In this document: piece after piece, positions 1 through 9,567 of the stretch
How the letters are laid out: every line of letters begins with the position of its first letter
How positions within the stretch are numbered: the stretch's first letter is position 1
Assembly (NCBI GenBank): GCA_965220745.1
Contig: CBDCQT010000013.1
Coordinates: 768,001-832,000, forward strand
DNA: 64,000 bases
Direction: 5' to 3'
Source: Alphaproteobacteria bacterium
GTDB taxonomy: Bacteria > Pseudomonadota > Alphaproteobacteria > UBA828
The notes under the pieces: generated by a model
Databases searched by the model: none
Told to the model about the DNA's origin: nothing
What the model saw: the letters and a program-made list of their open reading frames with translations, nothing else
Position numbers and translations under genes: made by a program

Positions 1-703
1 GGCCCGGCACGTTGCCACCAGCGCGAAGACCGGTTTGACGAAGAAGTTTGAGGAACACATAGCGCGCGACGGCATACGTCGGCGGCTTGCCGTCCGCCCG
101 TACGAAGAGATGATCGTACACTCCTCCTAGTCGTTTTCTCATGTCGAGATAGTTGTCGAGCGCTGCACGAGTCTCCTCATGCAGCGGAACCTTCCGGCTC
201 TTCCCGAACTTTGTCTGCTGCACGGTTAGGCTGTCCGCAGCAACATCGGCAAGTCGCAGGTTTAGGGCCTCCGACGCCCGTAGACCCGTCACGGCGATCA
301 GCCCGATCATGTAGTGCCAAGTGTGCGGCGTGATCGATCCCAACGGCCGCAGTGTCAACGCGGCGTCCATCACGAGCCGAATCTCACCTTCACTCAGCAG
401 ATGCGGTCGGGGTCTTGTCTTTGTCTTCCTTCCGAAGACATCGCGCGGCGGAACCTCATGACGTTGGTCTTCTCCGTGTAGGAACGTCGCAAAAATGCGA
501 ACGACGTCCAACTTGGTGCACGACCTGTTGCGTGAACTCGCTTTGGCCGCCCAATCGACCATTGTTCCGACCCGCATGAGGTCCTCGTTCCGTTTCGCTG
601 CAAAGTTCGCGTAGTCGAGCAGCAGCTTTTCCGCTTCGTCGTACTTGTAGCCAAGGCGCCGTTTGAGTTCGATGTAGCGTTCCACATGCGTCTTGAGGGT
701 CAT
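1..703 (-). CDS. Tyrosine recombinase, RIT second subunit (RitB-like), partial, runs off the window edge
   Basis: Not in the ORF track (no stop in window). Manual translation from ATG at 703: MTLKTHVERYIELKRRLGYKY...TGLRASEALNL...TKFGKSRKVPLH. ATGA overlap with the stop of the upstream integrase. Confidence 0.85.
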   Translation of the reverse strand, partial: MTLKTHVERYIELKRRLGYKYDEAEKLLLDYANFAAKRNEDLMRVGTMVDWAAKASSRNRSCTKLDVVRIFATFLHGEDQRHEVPPRDVFGRKTKTRPRPHLLSEGEIRLVMDAALTLRPLGSITPHTWHYMIGLIAVTGLRASEALNLRLADVAADSLTVQQTKFGKSRKVPLHEETRAALDNYLDMRKRLGGVYDHLFVRADGKPPTYAVARYVFLKLLRQTGLRAGGNVPG

Positions 704-2256
704 TTCGTATTCCCCCCGATCCATGGTTGCGCGAGTTCTTGAAGCATCTGCGCATCGACTTTTGCGTATAGCGCGGTGGTCTTCAGGGACTCGTGCCGAA
801 GCAAGGAGCCGACGAAGCGGAGAGATGCGCCGGATCGCAGCAGATTGGTAGCCGCGCTGTGTCGAAAGACATGTGCGCCCCGGAACTTGGCGCGATCGAC
901 ACCGGCGCGTTCGAGCGCAACGCGCGCGACGTAGGTGATCCCGCTTGATTCCTTGAACGGCCGGTGCGGTGCCAGCACCGACAGAAAGACCCTTTCCTCA
1001 TCTGCGCGAGGTCGGGCATTGGTGATATAGTCAAGCAACGCATCTCCAACCTCCTGCGGAAGTGGAATGGCCGTTTCCTTGTCCGATTTTCCACAGATCC
1101 GGAGCTGTGCGTTCTCCCAGTCGATATCGCACAACCGTAAGCGAGAAACTTCTCCAGCACGCAGGCCCAGCCTGGCGAGCAAGAGCACTATTGCTCGGTT
1201 GCGCACCCCCTTCGCTGTTGCTCGGTCGCAAGAATCTATCGCCCGTTCAATTATCTCAGGCGCCAAGTAACGAGGCAGTGTGGTTTGACTCCATTCTGCG
1301 ACGGTCGGAACAGCACCCACCAGTCTCGCGGAGCAGCGACCTGTGGAGGCCATAAACCGCAGGTACATGCGCAGCGTGGACGTTACTCGTTTCGCTTGGC
1401 GGATAGAGGCGCTCTCGAGCTTGTCCATTAGAGCGTTCCGGATCTGTGTTACGTCAAACTGATCGGGATTCTCTGCAAGGTCTGGGCGGAGAGAGGTTAT
1501 TGTTCCGGTGTAGTGCCGTATGGTCTTCTCACCAATGTTGCGGTTTTGCCGGAGCCAGGAACGGAACTCGTCAAGGCCGTCGTCGGCTACCGTGGGCGAT
1601 GGAAAGACGTCCGAGACCTCGCCGCGGTCAATCAAGAACTCGATAAACCGAGTGAGGCCTGACGGTTGGTAGACGGCACGTTCCTTCTTGCGCCAACCGG
1701 TGTATATTCCCGGGAGACCGCAATAGCAGTCGTGTTCGAAAAAGCACTCCAGAGTAGAACTGTCCAGCTGCCCGAGCGGGATACGGAAATGGTGCAGCCA
1801 GACGATGAAGTGGCGGCTTGTCGACCGAAAGACGTTAAGTGCCCTGTGGCTGTATCCGTTTTCTCGGGACTGCTGTAGAAACTGATCCAGTAGACCGAGG
1901 TTTTGGTCCAGTTCCTCGAGATGGAAGGTTCGCCCAGTCTCCTCAAGAAAGCGCACAAACCGAGTGACTGGCCCTACCGAATATCCGGAGTCGGACGGGA
2001 TTGCCTTGGAGAAGGGTAGATCGCAGCCGCAATCGTGACGAAAGAAGCTCGACACAACATTGCCGTCGATCGAATCCAGTGTAATGTCGTCTGCGTCCAG
2101 CCAGATCAGGAAATGCCGTACGAAACGACCGTGGTCCCGGACGCTCGTTTCCGTGAATCCGAGGCCCCTCAAGTGATCGCGATACTCGTCGAATACCTCG
2201 GGATGCGGTTCAGGCGTGAGCTGAGACCCGGACAGGCGCGTTGTTGTTGATGACAT
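700..2256 (-). CDS. Tyrosine recombinase, RIT first subunit (RitA-like), with duplicated N-terminal domain
   Basis: Catalytic motifs LGLRAGE, HVFRHS, LRH..KTTALYAKVD and the RitA-type C-terminus LAQPW. Probable start MSSTTTR with a purine-rich RBS (ORF track extends to 2466). Confidence 0.9.
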   Translation of the reverse strand: MSSTTTRLSGSQLTPEPHPEVFDEYRDHLRGLGFTETSVRDHGRFVRHFLIWLDADDITLDSIDGNVVSSFFRHDCGCDLPFSKAIPSDSGYSVGPVTRFVRFLEETGRTFHLEELDQNLGLLDQFLQQSRENGYSHRALNVFRSTSRHFIVWLHHFRIPLGQLDSSTLECFFEHDCYCGLPGIYTGWRKKERAVYQPSGLTRFIEFLIDRGEVSDVFPSPTVADDGLDEFRSWLRQNRNIGEKTIRHYTGTITSLRPDLAENPDQFDVTQIRNALMDKLESASIRQAKRVTSTLRMYLRFMASTGRCSARLVGAVPTVAEWSQTTLPRYLAPEIIERAIDSCDRATAKGVRNRAIVLLLARLGLRAGEVSRLRLCDIDWENAQLRICGKSDKETAIPLPQEVGDALLDYITNARPRADEERVFLSVLAPHRPFKESSGITYVARVALERAGVDRAKFRGAHVFRHSAATNLLRSGASLRFVGSLLRHESLKTTALYAKVDAQMLQELAQPWIGGNTK

Positions 2257-2384
2257 GATGGCTCTCCTCTTTTCTTGGCGAAGCCAAGAGAGGAGGCCAG
2301 AAATATGTTGAGCGATCCAGCCGCCAGAGGAGGCGCTCTGTGGGCTGTCGCCCCGTCCTCGCCATATCTGCGAGGTCGCGATAT

Positions 2385-2416
2385 TGGGAGCTATGTTGAG
2401 CTCAACATAGCTCCCA
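2385..2416. repeat. Perfect 32-bp palindrome at the RIT/ATPase junction
   Basis: TGGGAGCTATGTTGAG followed directly by its reverse complement CTCAACATAGCTCCCA. Confidence 0.95.
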
Positions 2417-3058
2417 TGTCCTGGGACACGCGAAAGCCGCCTCGCGCGACTGTGGATCGAACACATTCAGAAGCTCCGGCCTGAGCTGGATAAAGAAGAG
2501 TGTCTCGGGCGCGATTCCGTTCGCGGCCCCCCACTCGCACCAGTCCGAAGGGTCGACCTTGATCTCGAGGTGGACGAAGCGCGATGCCAGTGGGGTCGGC
2601 ATGCGGTGGGTGACGCCGCGGTCGCCCTCGCGGTTGCCGCAGGCCATGAGCGAGGCGCCTTCGGGGAGCTCGTAGTCCCCGCACTTGCGGTCGCGGACGA
2701 GCTGGAAGAGCGCGGCCTGTACCATCGGCACGCCGGAGGGGAGCTCCTCCAGGTTGACGAGGTAGAGGTCGGTGCTGTCGGTGGGCGGCAGAAAATCGGG
2801 GGGCGCCCAGCGGGTACGGTTGTCGTCGTCGCGCCAGGGGATGCCGCGCAGGTCGACGGGATCGAGGAGCAGGGCGCGCACGTCGTAGTAGGTGCGGCCG
2901 CCTTCGGCGGCGACTTGTTGAGCGACCTCGCTCTTGCCGCACCCGGGCCCTCCCCAGACCATGACCGGCTGCCTGGCTTCGATGAGGATCTTGAGGGTGG
3001 CGGCGAGTTCGCTGGGGCGCAGCGTGTAGTCGGCGGAGATGGTGTCGGGGTCGGGCAT
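2402..3058 (-). pseudogene. MoxR-like AAA+ ATPase, C-terminally truncated by the RIT insertion
   Basis: Walker A GGPGCGKS, Walker B LVNLEE, ACGNR and LASRF motifs. Reading stops just after FACPRTWE, inside the palindrome. Confidence 0.8.
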
Positions 3059-3193
3059 GGGCGGCTCCTGAATGCGGGGAGTCGGCGCGGACGTCTCTCA
3101 GTCGTCCGACCTCGCCCGAGCCAGAGCGCCCGCCCCTTTCGCCGGCTCGGGGCAACGGGCGGGCGCGATCTGCGGTGGTCGGCGGAAATGCGG

Positions 3194-3769
3194 TCAGGCG
3201 TTCTGCGTCGCGGCTTGTGCGAGAGGTGCGCCGCCGGCGAGGCAGCCGACCCGGATGCGGCCAGCCCAGACGTCGGGGCGTGCGGCCGGGTCGTCCTCGC
3301 GAAGGTGGTGCCTGAGTTCCATCCACAGGCGCCCGAGGACGTTGTGGCCCTCGTAGCGATCCGCGACGGGGCGCGCGCCCCACCAGGGGTCGCGGGTCGA
3401 GACCTCGACGATGGGGCGCTCGCCGGTTTCGGCGAGCACCGCGTCGATCTCGGCCGCGTTCGCCTCGCGCTTCATGCGCAGCACCCAGCGCATGACGTCG
3501 ACGCGCTGCGCGTTCCATCCGGGATCGATGCCGAGCCCCGGCGTGCGGCCGATGGCGGCGGCTTGCCTCGCCGTCGGGGCCTCGGCGATGCGTTGCTGGA
3601 CGTCGGGGTGCCCTGCGAACTTGGCAGCCTGGTACAGGCTTTCGGAGAATTGGAACGACCAGGGACCGGCCAGGATCAGGACGGCGAGCGGCTGGAAGTT
3701 GCTGAAGGCGCCCCACGCGGCATTAGTGAAGCGGAACAAGCAGGCCTGCTCCTTGATATAGGTGCGCAT
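3194..3769 (-). CDS. NADAR (YbiA-like) family protein
   Basis: FSNF, SESLYQAAKF, W...RVDVMRWVLRMK, IVE.S.RDPWWGA and G.NVLGRLWMELR motifs. RBS GGAGG before ATG at 3769. Confidence 0.88.
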   Translation of the reverse strand: MRTYIKEQACLFRFTNAAWGAFSNFQPLAVLILAGPWSFQFSESLYQAAKFAGHPDVQQRIAEAPTARQAAAIGRTPGLGIDPGWNAQRVDVMRWVLRMKREANAAEIDAVLAETGERPIVEVSTRDPWWGARPVADRYEGHNVLGRLWMELRHHLREDDPAARPDVWAGRIRVGCLAGGAPLAQAATQNA

Positions 3770-4073
3770 CGGTTCCTCCCTCGCGGACGGCTGGCCGAGC
3801 GGCGGGGGACTCGCTCCCCTGCCGAGGGCTGCCCCTCCCGGTCCGGCCTCTGCCTCGGGGTGCCGGCAATGCCCGGAGGCGGCGTTGGAAGCCCAGTTGC
3901 CGCGGCGCCCGGACGGTCGGCGGAACTTGGCCGGAACGGGCGGGTTATGCTCGCAAGCGCGAAGCTGCGGCGATGGCGGCGTTGGCCAAAGGGCTGTCAC
4001 CGGAAAGGGTGTGTCGGCCTCGCGGGGAGGTTGGCGGGTTCAGGGCGCGATCGGGGGATCGGAGGAGTCGAAA

Positions 4074-4304
4074 ATGAACAAGGCGGCGGTCGTCGCACGC
4101 GTGGCCAGACGGATGGGGCTGAACAGGTACACGGCCGAAGGAGCGGCCGACACCGTTCTGGAGGCGATCGCCGAATCCCTAGCGAAGGAAGAAGATGTGC
4201 GGATCGCGGGGTTGGGCCCGCGCAGGACGCTGAACCGGGATGCAAGACAGGGACGCAATTCGGGGGCTTCGGAAGGGCTGGCCATTTCCATCTCGGCGGG
4301 GTAG
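4074..4304 (+). pseudogene. HU/IHF DNA-binding protein, degenerate after the first half
   Basis: MNKAAVVARVA...VLEAIAESLAKEEDVRIAGLG, then the GRNP arm is lost. Strong RBS. Confidence 0.7.
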
Positions 4305-4541
4305 TAGCCGAGGCCCCTGGTCACGAGCCAGAGCCGAGCGGGGTCGCCCTCCGTGCGCGGCTTGGGGGCGGGCATCGGGACATACCGGGTGATGGAAGCG
4401 AGCCCACCGTTCAGGCTGCATGGACAGCAGGCGCCGGCGGGAAGGAGAGAACCGACACCTGTCTCCGGAAACATCGGCCTCGATGGCTCCGGGGTGGGTG
4501 TGACACGCATCGCCTGGAAAGGGCGTAAGGGAGAACCAGTG

Positions 4542-5069
4542 ATGACGTATCCATTTGCCAGTCTTTGGCGGCTGCGCCGCGTGGCGGTCGCTGCGGCTGC
4601 GATAATCGGCCTGTGGTGCGCGGCAGGCACCGCCGCCGCAAGCGAAAACGGCACCGTCGAGCTGGTCACCAGCTTCGAGCGCGACTACGTCACGTTCGAC
4701 CACGCAGGTGGAACGGTCACAGGTGGCATCTTGCGCGGGACGACGACCATCACGGAGAGCAGCGGCGGCCCCTTCGCGGAGGGCGAGAGTAGTCTCGTGG
4801 TGTGCCTGGTCTACGCGAGGAAGACGGATGCCGGCCTGGACCTGGAAACGCCCTGCACGAACACGGACACGTCGGGCGACTCATGGTTCTGGATGGCGAA
4901 GAGGACTGCGGGCGATACCGAAGCCGGTGGCGGCGGCGATGGGCAACGGGAGCTTCTTGGTGGCACCGGCAAGTATGCCGGCGTCAGCGGCGCCTGCACC
5001 TACTCCGCCAGTTATCTCGCGGACAACCGTTCCGTTTCGGTGGCGAGCTGCGAGTGGCGAAAGCCGTGA
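4542..5069 (+). CDS. Secreted beta-rich hypothetical protein
   Basis: Signal-peptide-like N-terminus, GGTGKYAGVSG motif, paired Cys, RBS. Confidence 0.65.
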   Translation: MTYPFASLWRLRRVAVAAAAIIGLWCAAGTAAASENGTVELVTSFERDYVTFDHAGGTVTGGILRGTTTITESSGGPFAEGESSLVVCLVYARKTDAGLDLETPCTNTDTSGDSWFWMAKRTAGDTEAGGGGDGQRELLGGTGKYAGVSGACTYSASYLADNRSVSVASCEWRKP

Positions 5070-5374
5070 CCCTCTAGCTCGGCGACGACATGGCCTGGCG
5101 GACTGCAGCTCCAGCGGGCGGTGTCCGGTGCGGCCCCTGGCGTGCCGCGAAAGGCTGGAAGCGGTCTCGGGACGACCTTGCCGATTACGCCGACCTCTGG
5201 ACCGCGGACCCGATCCTCACGCGGTAGGCCCTGCCGCCGGCACCGAACCCGGTCGGTGTTGTTCGGCACGCACAGTGGAAGCCGATCGCCGTGGGAACGC
5301 ATTGAATCCCTTCGATGTCGTGAGGCCAGACGACGACGCCGAACGACACGTTGCGGTGGTTGAGCGGTGGGCGG

Positions 5375-6934
5375 TTAGCTCGGGGGTTGTGCAGCCAACG
5401 AAGCGGCGCGGGTCATGTCGAACACATACCCCATGATCGGGATCGCGGGCAGCGCGCGGCCCTCGATTAGCGCAGATGCGGCTGCCGCAAACGAGCGCCA
5501 GTCGTCCGACGCGCCCGCCTTCAACACGTGCGCTGCGCGCAGCATCAGCGTGGCCCAGTCGCCGCGCCGCTCCTCGATGCGAGCCCAGAAGGCAGGCGCC
5601 AGTTGCTCGATGTCGGAGACGCTCTCCAGGGCGTCCTCGTAGAGGGACGTTCCCTCGGCCCAGTACTTGGTCTCCGGGTAGTTCTTGGGCCAGGTCGCGC
5701 TGTGCACGATAAGGTCTTCCAGCTGGTCGGCGGGTAGAGCGGCGATCTCCCCCTCCGGGTCCAGATGGGCCAGCCAGTCGGCCGCCGTCATCGGCCGGGG
5801 GCGCAGCTCACCGAGCCGGCAGGCGAGAGCGACGTCGATCAGTCCGGGCGGCGGCGGGCGCTCGTCTGCAAGGTCCTCGGCCATCGCCGACGCCAGCAGG
5901 GGATGCAGCGCGTCGACGGGAACGGCGACCGGATGGGAGGCCTCCTGGTTCTGCATTGCCTTGCGGGCGGGCGCGCCGCCCGCGACGAAGGCTTCGAGGA
6001 TGCCCAGGCCGGCCTTGAGCTGCACGATCGCGACGTCCGCTCGGCCGTCGCCCTCAAGTTCTGCGGTGAAGGTCTGGACGCCGTTGCTGGCCGGCAGCGT
6101 GGCGAGAAGGCGCTCGGGGCGCGGCAGCGAATGTTCCAGCGGAGCGACGAGGTCGCGCCGGCGCGCTTCGCGCAGTACCGCGTCCACGACCGGGCGCGCC
6201 TCGTCCGGCGGTATCCAGTTGCGCAGCACGGGCAGCAATCCGGCGGCGACAGGCTCGACGATCCCCCTGCTTGCGCGGTCGTACAATCCGCTCGCGGCTC
6301 CGAGCCGGATCTCGCCGGCGCCGTCCAGCAGCCAGTAGAGCCCGAGACGGCCGCAAAACTCGTCGTCCCGGGACGCGACGTCGTTCACGAACGCGGCCTG
6401 GGCGTCGACCGGCAGGACGGCGATGCGGTCGTCGAGGGACAGGTGCCGCACGAAGTCGCTGCTTCCGGTCCTCTGGCGCAGGCGGTCGACCTCCGCGTCG
6501 GGATCGAGCGGAATGCGGCCGGACTGCTGGAGAGTCCCGAACTGCCCGATCATGGCGAGGATCAGGGATTCGGGCGCCTCGGCCTCGGCGCGGGCATAGG
6601 CCAGCATCAGGCCGTGGGAGGCGTCCGGGTCGAGGCCCCGGTTCGCCAGCATCAGCTCGATCGTGGTTCCGGCCTCGTCGAGGAACTTGCCGCCCAGGCG
6701 CCCGCGGTCCTCTTCGTCGAGTCGCGCGTCGCGGATCAGGATCTCGAACAGCTTGAGGAAGGGCGCGCGGTCGGGCTCGACGCTGTCCACTATGGCCGCG
6801 ACGAGCTCGAAGGCGGCGCCCGGTGACGCCAGCAGCGCAAAGCCGCGATCGTCCGCGATGCGCCTGACCGCGCCGACGCTGGCGGACGCGCGCAGTTGCT
6901 CGAGGCAGTCCTGGATCAGATCCTGTGCGGACAT
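5375..6934 (-). CDS. Hypothetical protein, 519 aa
   Basis: Long ORF with normal protein composition; family not recognised. Confidence 0.75.
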   Translation of the reverse strand: MSAQDLIQDCLEQLRASASVGAVRRIADDRGFALLASPGAAFELVAAIVDSVEPDRAPFLKLFEILIRDARLDEEDRGRLGGKFLDEAGTTIELMLANRGLDPDASHGLMLAYARAEAEAPESLILAMIGQFGTLQQSGRIPLDPDAEVDRLRQRTGSSDFVRHLSLDDRIAVLPVDAQAAFVNDVASRDDEFCGRLGLYWLLDGAGEIRLGAASGLYDRASRGIVEPVAAGLLPVLRNWIPPDEARPVVDAVLREARRRDLVAPLEHSLPRPERLLATLPASNGVQTFTAELEGDGRADVAIVQLKAGLGILEAFVAGGAPARKAMQNQEASHPVAVPVDALHPLLASAMAEDLADERPPPPGLIDVALACRLGELRPRPMTAADWLAHLDPEGEIAALPADQLEDLIVHSATWPKNYPETKYWAEGTSLYEDALESVSDIEQLAPAFWARIEERRGDWATLMLRAAHVLKAGASDDWRSFAAAASALIEGRALPAIPIMGYVFDMTRAASLAAQPPS

Positions 6935-7042
6935 GGGCGGGTCCTGGGTATCCGTGAGGCCGGGCGCACCGGTCCGGGCGAGTGGTTGCTCATCCTCGCA
7001 CGGCGGACGGGGCGGATGAAGGCGGCGCAGGCGAGTGCGGCG

Positions 7043-8890
7043 CTATGTCTTCATGTGACCCGGCAAATGACCGATCACGACCTGACCGGCCTTGTCGTCC
7101 CAGGTGAAGTAGAGACGGAAGCAGTGCCTGGGGTCCCGCGTCTTCGCGTTGTTCTTCAGATGGCGGTCCAGGATCAGCCTGCGGCCGTTCCACTCGATCG
7201 AGAAATCGTCCCGCGCCCGGCCCTGTGCGGTGGGGCTGAGGCCGGGCGCGTCCTGGAGTCGCAGTTCGCGCAGTTCGCCTTCGTAGTCTGCACGCTGGGC
7301 CTTGCCGCCCTCCGTCTTGATCTCGTGGTAGGTGGTGCCCAGCAGTTCGATGGCCTTGCCGACGAGAGCGACGTCCTCGAAAGCGGCGCTCCTGAGCGAT
7401 CTCTGTGCGCGTCCGGCGAGCGCCACCCGACCCGGGAAATGCCGTTCCGTCCAGGCGGGCAGGTCCGCGTAGCTCTCAAGGGGTGGCACGGGTCCGCCGT
7501 CCGAAGCTGCGTCGTCCCCGGGCGCGGGCTCGCCGCCGTCTAGGGCGGCGATGCGCTGTTGCAGGCGGTGCCTGTCCCGGCGCAGGCCGTCGTTTTCGCC
7601 TGCGGCGTCCTCGAGAGCCTGCTTCAGCGAGGCAATGCGCTCCTCGGCTTCGCGGTTGGCCGCCTTCAGCGCGGCGTTCTCCGCGCGCAACGCGCTCTCC
7701 GCATCCGGCCCGTCGCCGGCCGCGGCTTCCGCGTCGTCGCTGTCCTCTGCGGCGCTCTTGCGGTCCGCCACGGAATGGAAGCGCTCGACGAGGCCGTCGA
7801 GACAGGCGGCGATTTCGTCGAGCGCTGCCGCCGCAGGCTCGGTCGAAGCGTCGTCGGCGCGATCGGCCGAGGCGGCTGCGTGCAGGGCGTCGCGGTTTGC
7901 GGCGCTCGGATCCTCGGCGTAGCGCCGGGAGGCTTCGCGCAGCGCCAGCTCGTGCGGCGCCGGCTCGAGGATGCCGCTGCGGAAGGCCTCTGCCAGCTTG
8001 CGGCAACTCTCCCACTCAGAGTCGGGGAAGCGGAGCGGCAAGGCGCCGTCGCGCAGAAGGGTTTCAACCCGTCCTCTCAGCGCGTCCTGTTCTGTCGCGA
8101 ACCTGGTGTGCCCCATAGCGTCGACGGCTCCTTGGAGCAGAGAGCGCAGAGCGGCATGGCGGCAACGGGCCTGTGCATGGTCGCGCGCCGACTCCATCTC
8201 GTCGAGCTCGTCGTCGGATACTCCCAGGTCGATAAGCATGTACGACAGCACGTCCGCCGCCAGGCGATAGTCGTCGTTCTCGGCGACGTACTCTCTGAGC
8301 CTGCCGTAGGTCTCGGCCATGTCCTTTCGAAGAGCGGCGCATTCCCTGTCCGCGCGCTCAACCAGCGCTTCCAGATGCGCGCCGCCGCTTTGGTGGACCA
8401 GCCTCTCGACCAGATCGGCGCGCTCGGGACTCGGGCAGATCGAAGCGCGGCGGACGGCGGAGCCGATCAGCCTCTCGACCTCCGGCTTCGCCAGCCAGGA
8501 CGAGAGCATGTACTGGCTGGCCTCCCCTTCGAGGCAGGCGAGTACCCACACCGATTGTGCGACCAGCCCGTGCTCTCCCGCCTCCCACAGGGCATCGAGG
8601 TCGTCGAGGATCGTCAACCCGGGGTCTTCTCCAGCGGCTGCGCTCAGTGCCTGCGCCCGCTTGGTGGCGTCCTTGAGGACGCGGGGGGCGAGCTTCTTCA
8701 TCGTTCCCTTGACGTCGCCGAACAGGGTCAGGATCCGAGCCTCGAACCGGCACAGGAACCAGGTCCAGCGCTGCGCAAGTTCGTGCACCGCGCGCCAGAA
8801 GGCGGCATCGTCGCTCCCGTCGGCCGTCGCCGGCCAGTCCGCGTAGTCCTCGGCGATCGCGGCGGCCAGCTTGCGCAGGTCCGCCTTCAT
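7043..8890 (-). CDS. Helical/coiled-coil protein with a putative C-terminal RelE-like domain
   Basis: Heptad coiled coil (ESALRAENAALK...LQQRIAAL), then RHLK...DPRHCFRLYFTWD...VVIGHLPGH. Confidence 0.7.
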   Translation of the reverse strand: MKADLRKLAAAIAEDYADWPATADGSDDAAFWRAVHELAQRWTWFLCRFEARILTLFGDVKGTMKKLAPRVLKDATKRAQALSAAAGEDPGLTILDDLDALWEAGEHGLVAQSVWVLACLEGEASQYMLSSWLAKPEVERLIGSAVRRASICPSPERADLVERLVHQSGGAHLEALVERADRECAALRKDMAETYGRLREYVAENDDYRLAADVLSYMLIDLGVSDDELDEMESARDHAQARCRHAALRSLLQGAVDAMGHTRFATEQDALRGRVETLLRDGALPLRFPDSEWESCRKLAEAFRSGILEPAPHELALREASRRYAEDPSAANRDALHAAASADRADDASTEPAAAALDEIAACLDGLVERFHSVADRKSAAEDSDDAEAAAGDGPDAESALRAENAALKAANREAEERIASLKQALEDAAGENDGLRRDRHRLQQRIAALDGGEPAPGDDAASDGGPVPPLESYADLPAWTERHFPGRVALAGRAQRSLRSAAFEDVALVGKAIELLGTTYHEIKTEGGKAQRADYEGELRELRLQDAPGLSPTAQGRARDDFSIEWNGRRLILDRHLKNNAKTRDPRHCFRLYFTWDDKAGQVVIGHLPGHMKT

Positions 8891-9221
8891 CAGGTGGTGG
8901 TGTTCGCGAAGCCACTCCGGCGTCGCGAACTCCGGGAGCGCGGCAAGGCGGAGGTCCTTGGCGGCGGCCGGCGTCGGGCCGTTGAGCTTGCGTCGTGCGG
9001 GAATGGCTTGCTTCTCCTCGCAACGCGGCCCTGGCGCGCAGGCTTAGCCTTGCTATGAAACCAGGGGACCGCGACGGGACGGTCAAGCCGCAGAATCCCT
9101 GCAAATCGAAGTGGGTTCAAGTGCTGCAAGCCGGTTCGGCGACGGGCAGCATCGTGGCGCTGAGCGCGGGGAAGCCGAAGAGATTGGTCAAGTGCGCCCT
9201 CCGCACCAGAAGGAGGGCCAT

Positions 9222-9398
9222 ATGCCCGACACAATCAGAGTTGAGTACGAGCGCCTCGCACTCGATCTTCAACGGCAGAACGCTGCAGTGGGGTTCTGGG
9301 AAGCGCTTCGTGCGGAATGCCAAGAAGCCGTTGACGAGTGGCAGGAGATGGTGGGATTGCCGAAGCGGAGGCCTGACCCCGATCCGACCATCCACTAG
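9222..9398 (+). CDS. Small hypothetical protein, 58 aa
   Basis: AGGAGG RBS before ATG and a helical-looking sequence MPDTIRVEYERLALDL. Confidence 0.5.
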   Translation: MPDTIRVEYERLALDLQRQNAAVGFWEALRAECQEAVDEWQEMVGLPKRRPDPDPTIH

Positions 9399-9567
9399 GC
9401 CGCGTCATGCTCGGAACGCCGCGCGGCCCGCCCGTTGGTCATTCAGGCATATAATCCCCAACTTGATCCCCAGCGCGATCTAGCGAGCGCAACCCCGGAG
9501 GCGCTGGCCCGTGCCCTGTTTAGCCGTGTGAAGCCGCTACCGCCCCGCGCCCTCTTCAGTCAGCATC

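Larger units (their letters stand above)
1..2416 (-). mobile_element. RIT element (partial)
   Basis: Translationally coupled tandem tyrosine recombinases, lower GC than the flank, repeated TATGTTGAGC at 2304-2313 and 2392-2401, and truncation of the adjacent ATPase gene. Confidence 0.8.

Noticed and set aside
2570-4528. 652-aa plus-strand ORF
   Set aside because: Antisense shadow of the ATPase and NADAR genes in high-GC DNA; no motifs.
8890-9234. 114-aa ORF overlapping the start of the coiled-coil gene
   Set aside because: Arg/Ser/Pro-rich with no RBS or motif, although the TGATG overlap means a short upstream ORF cannot be excluded.
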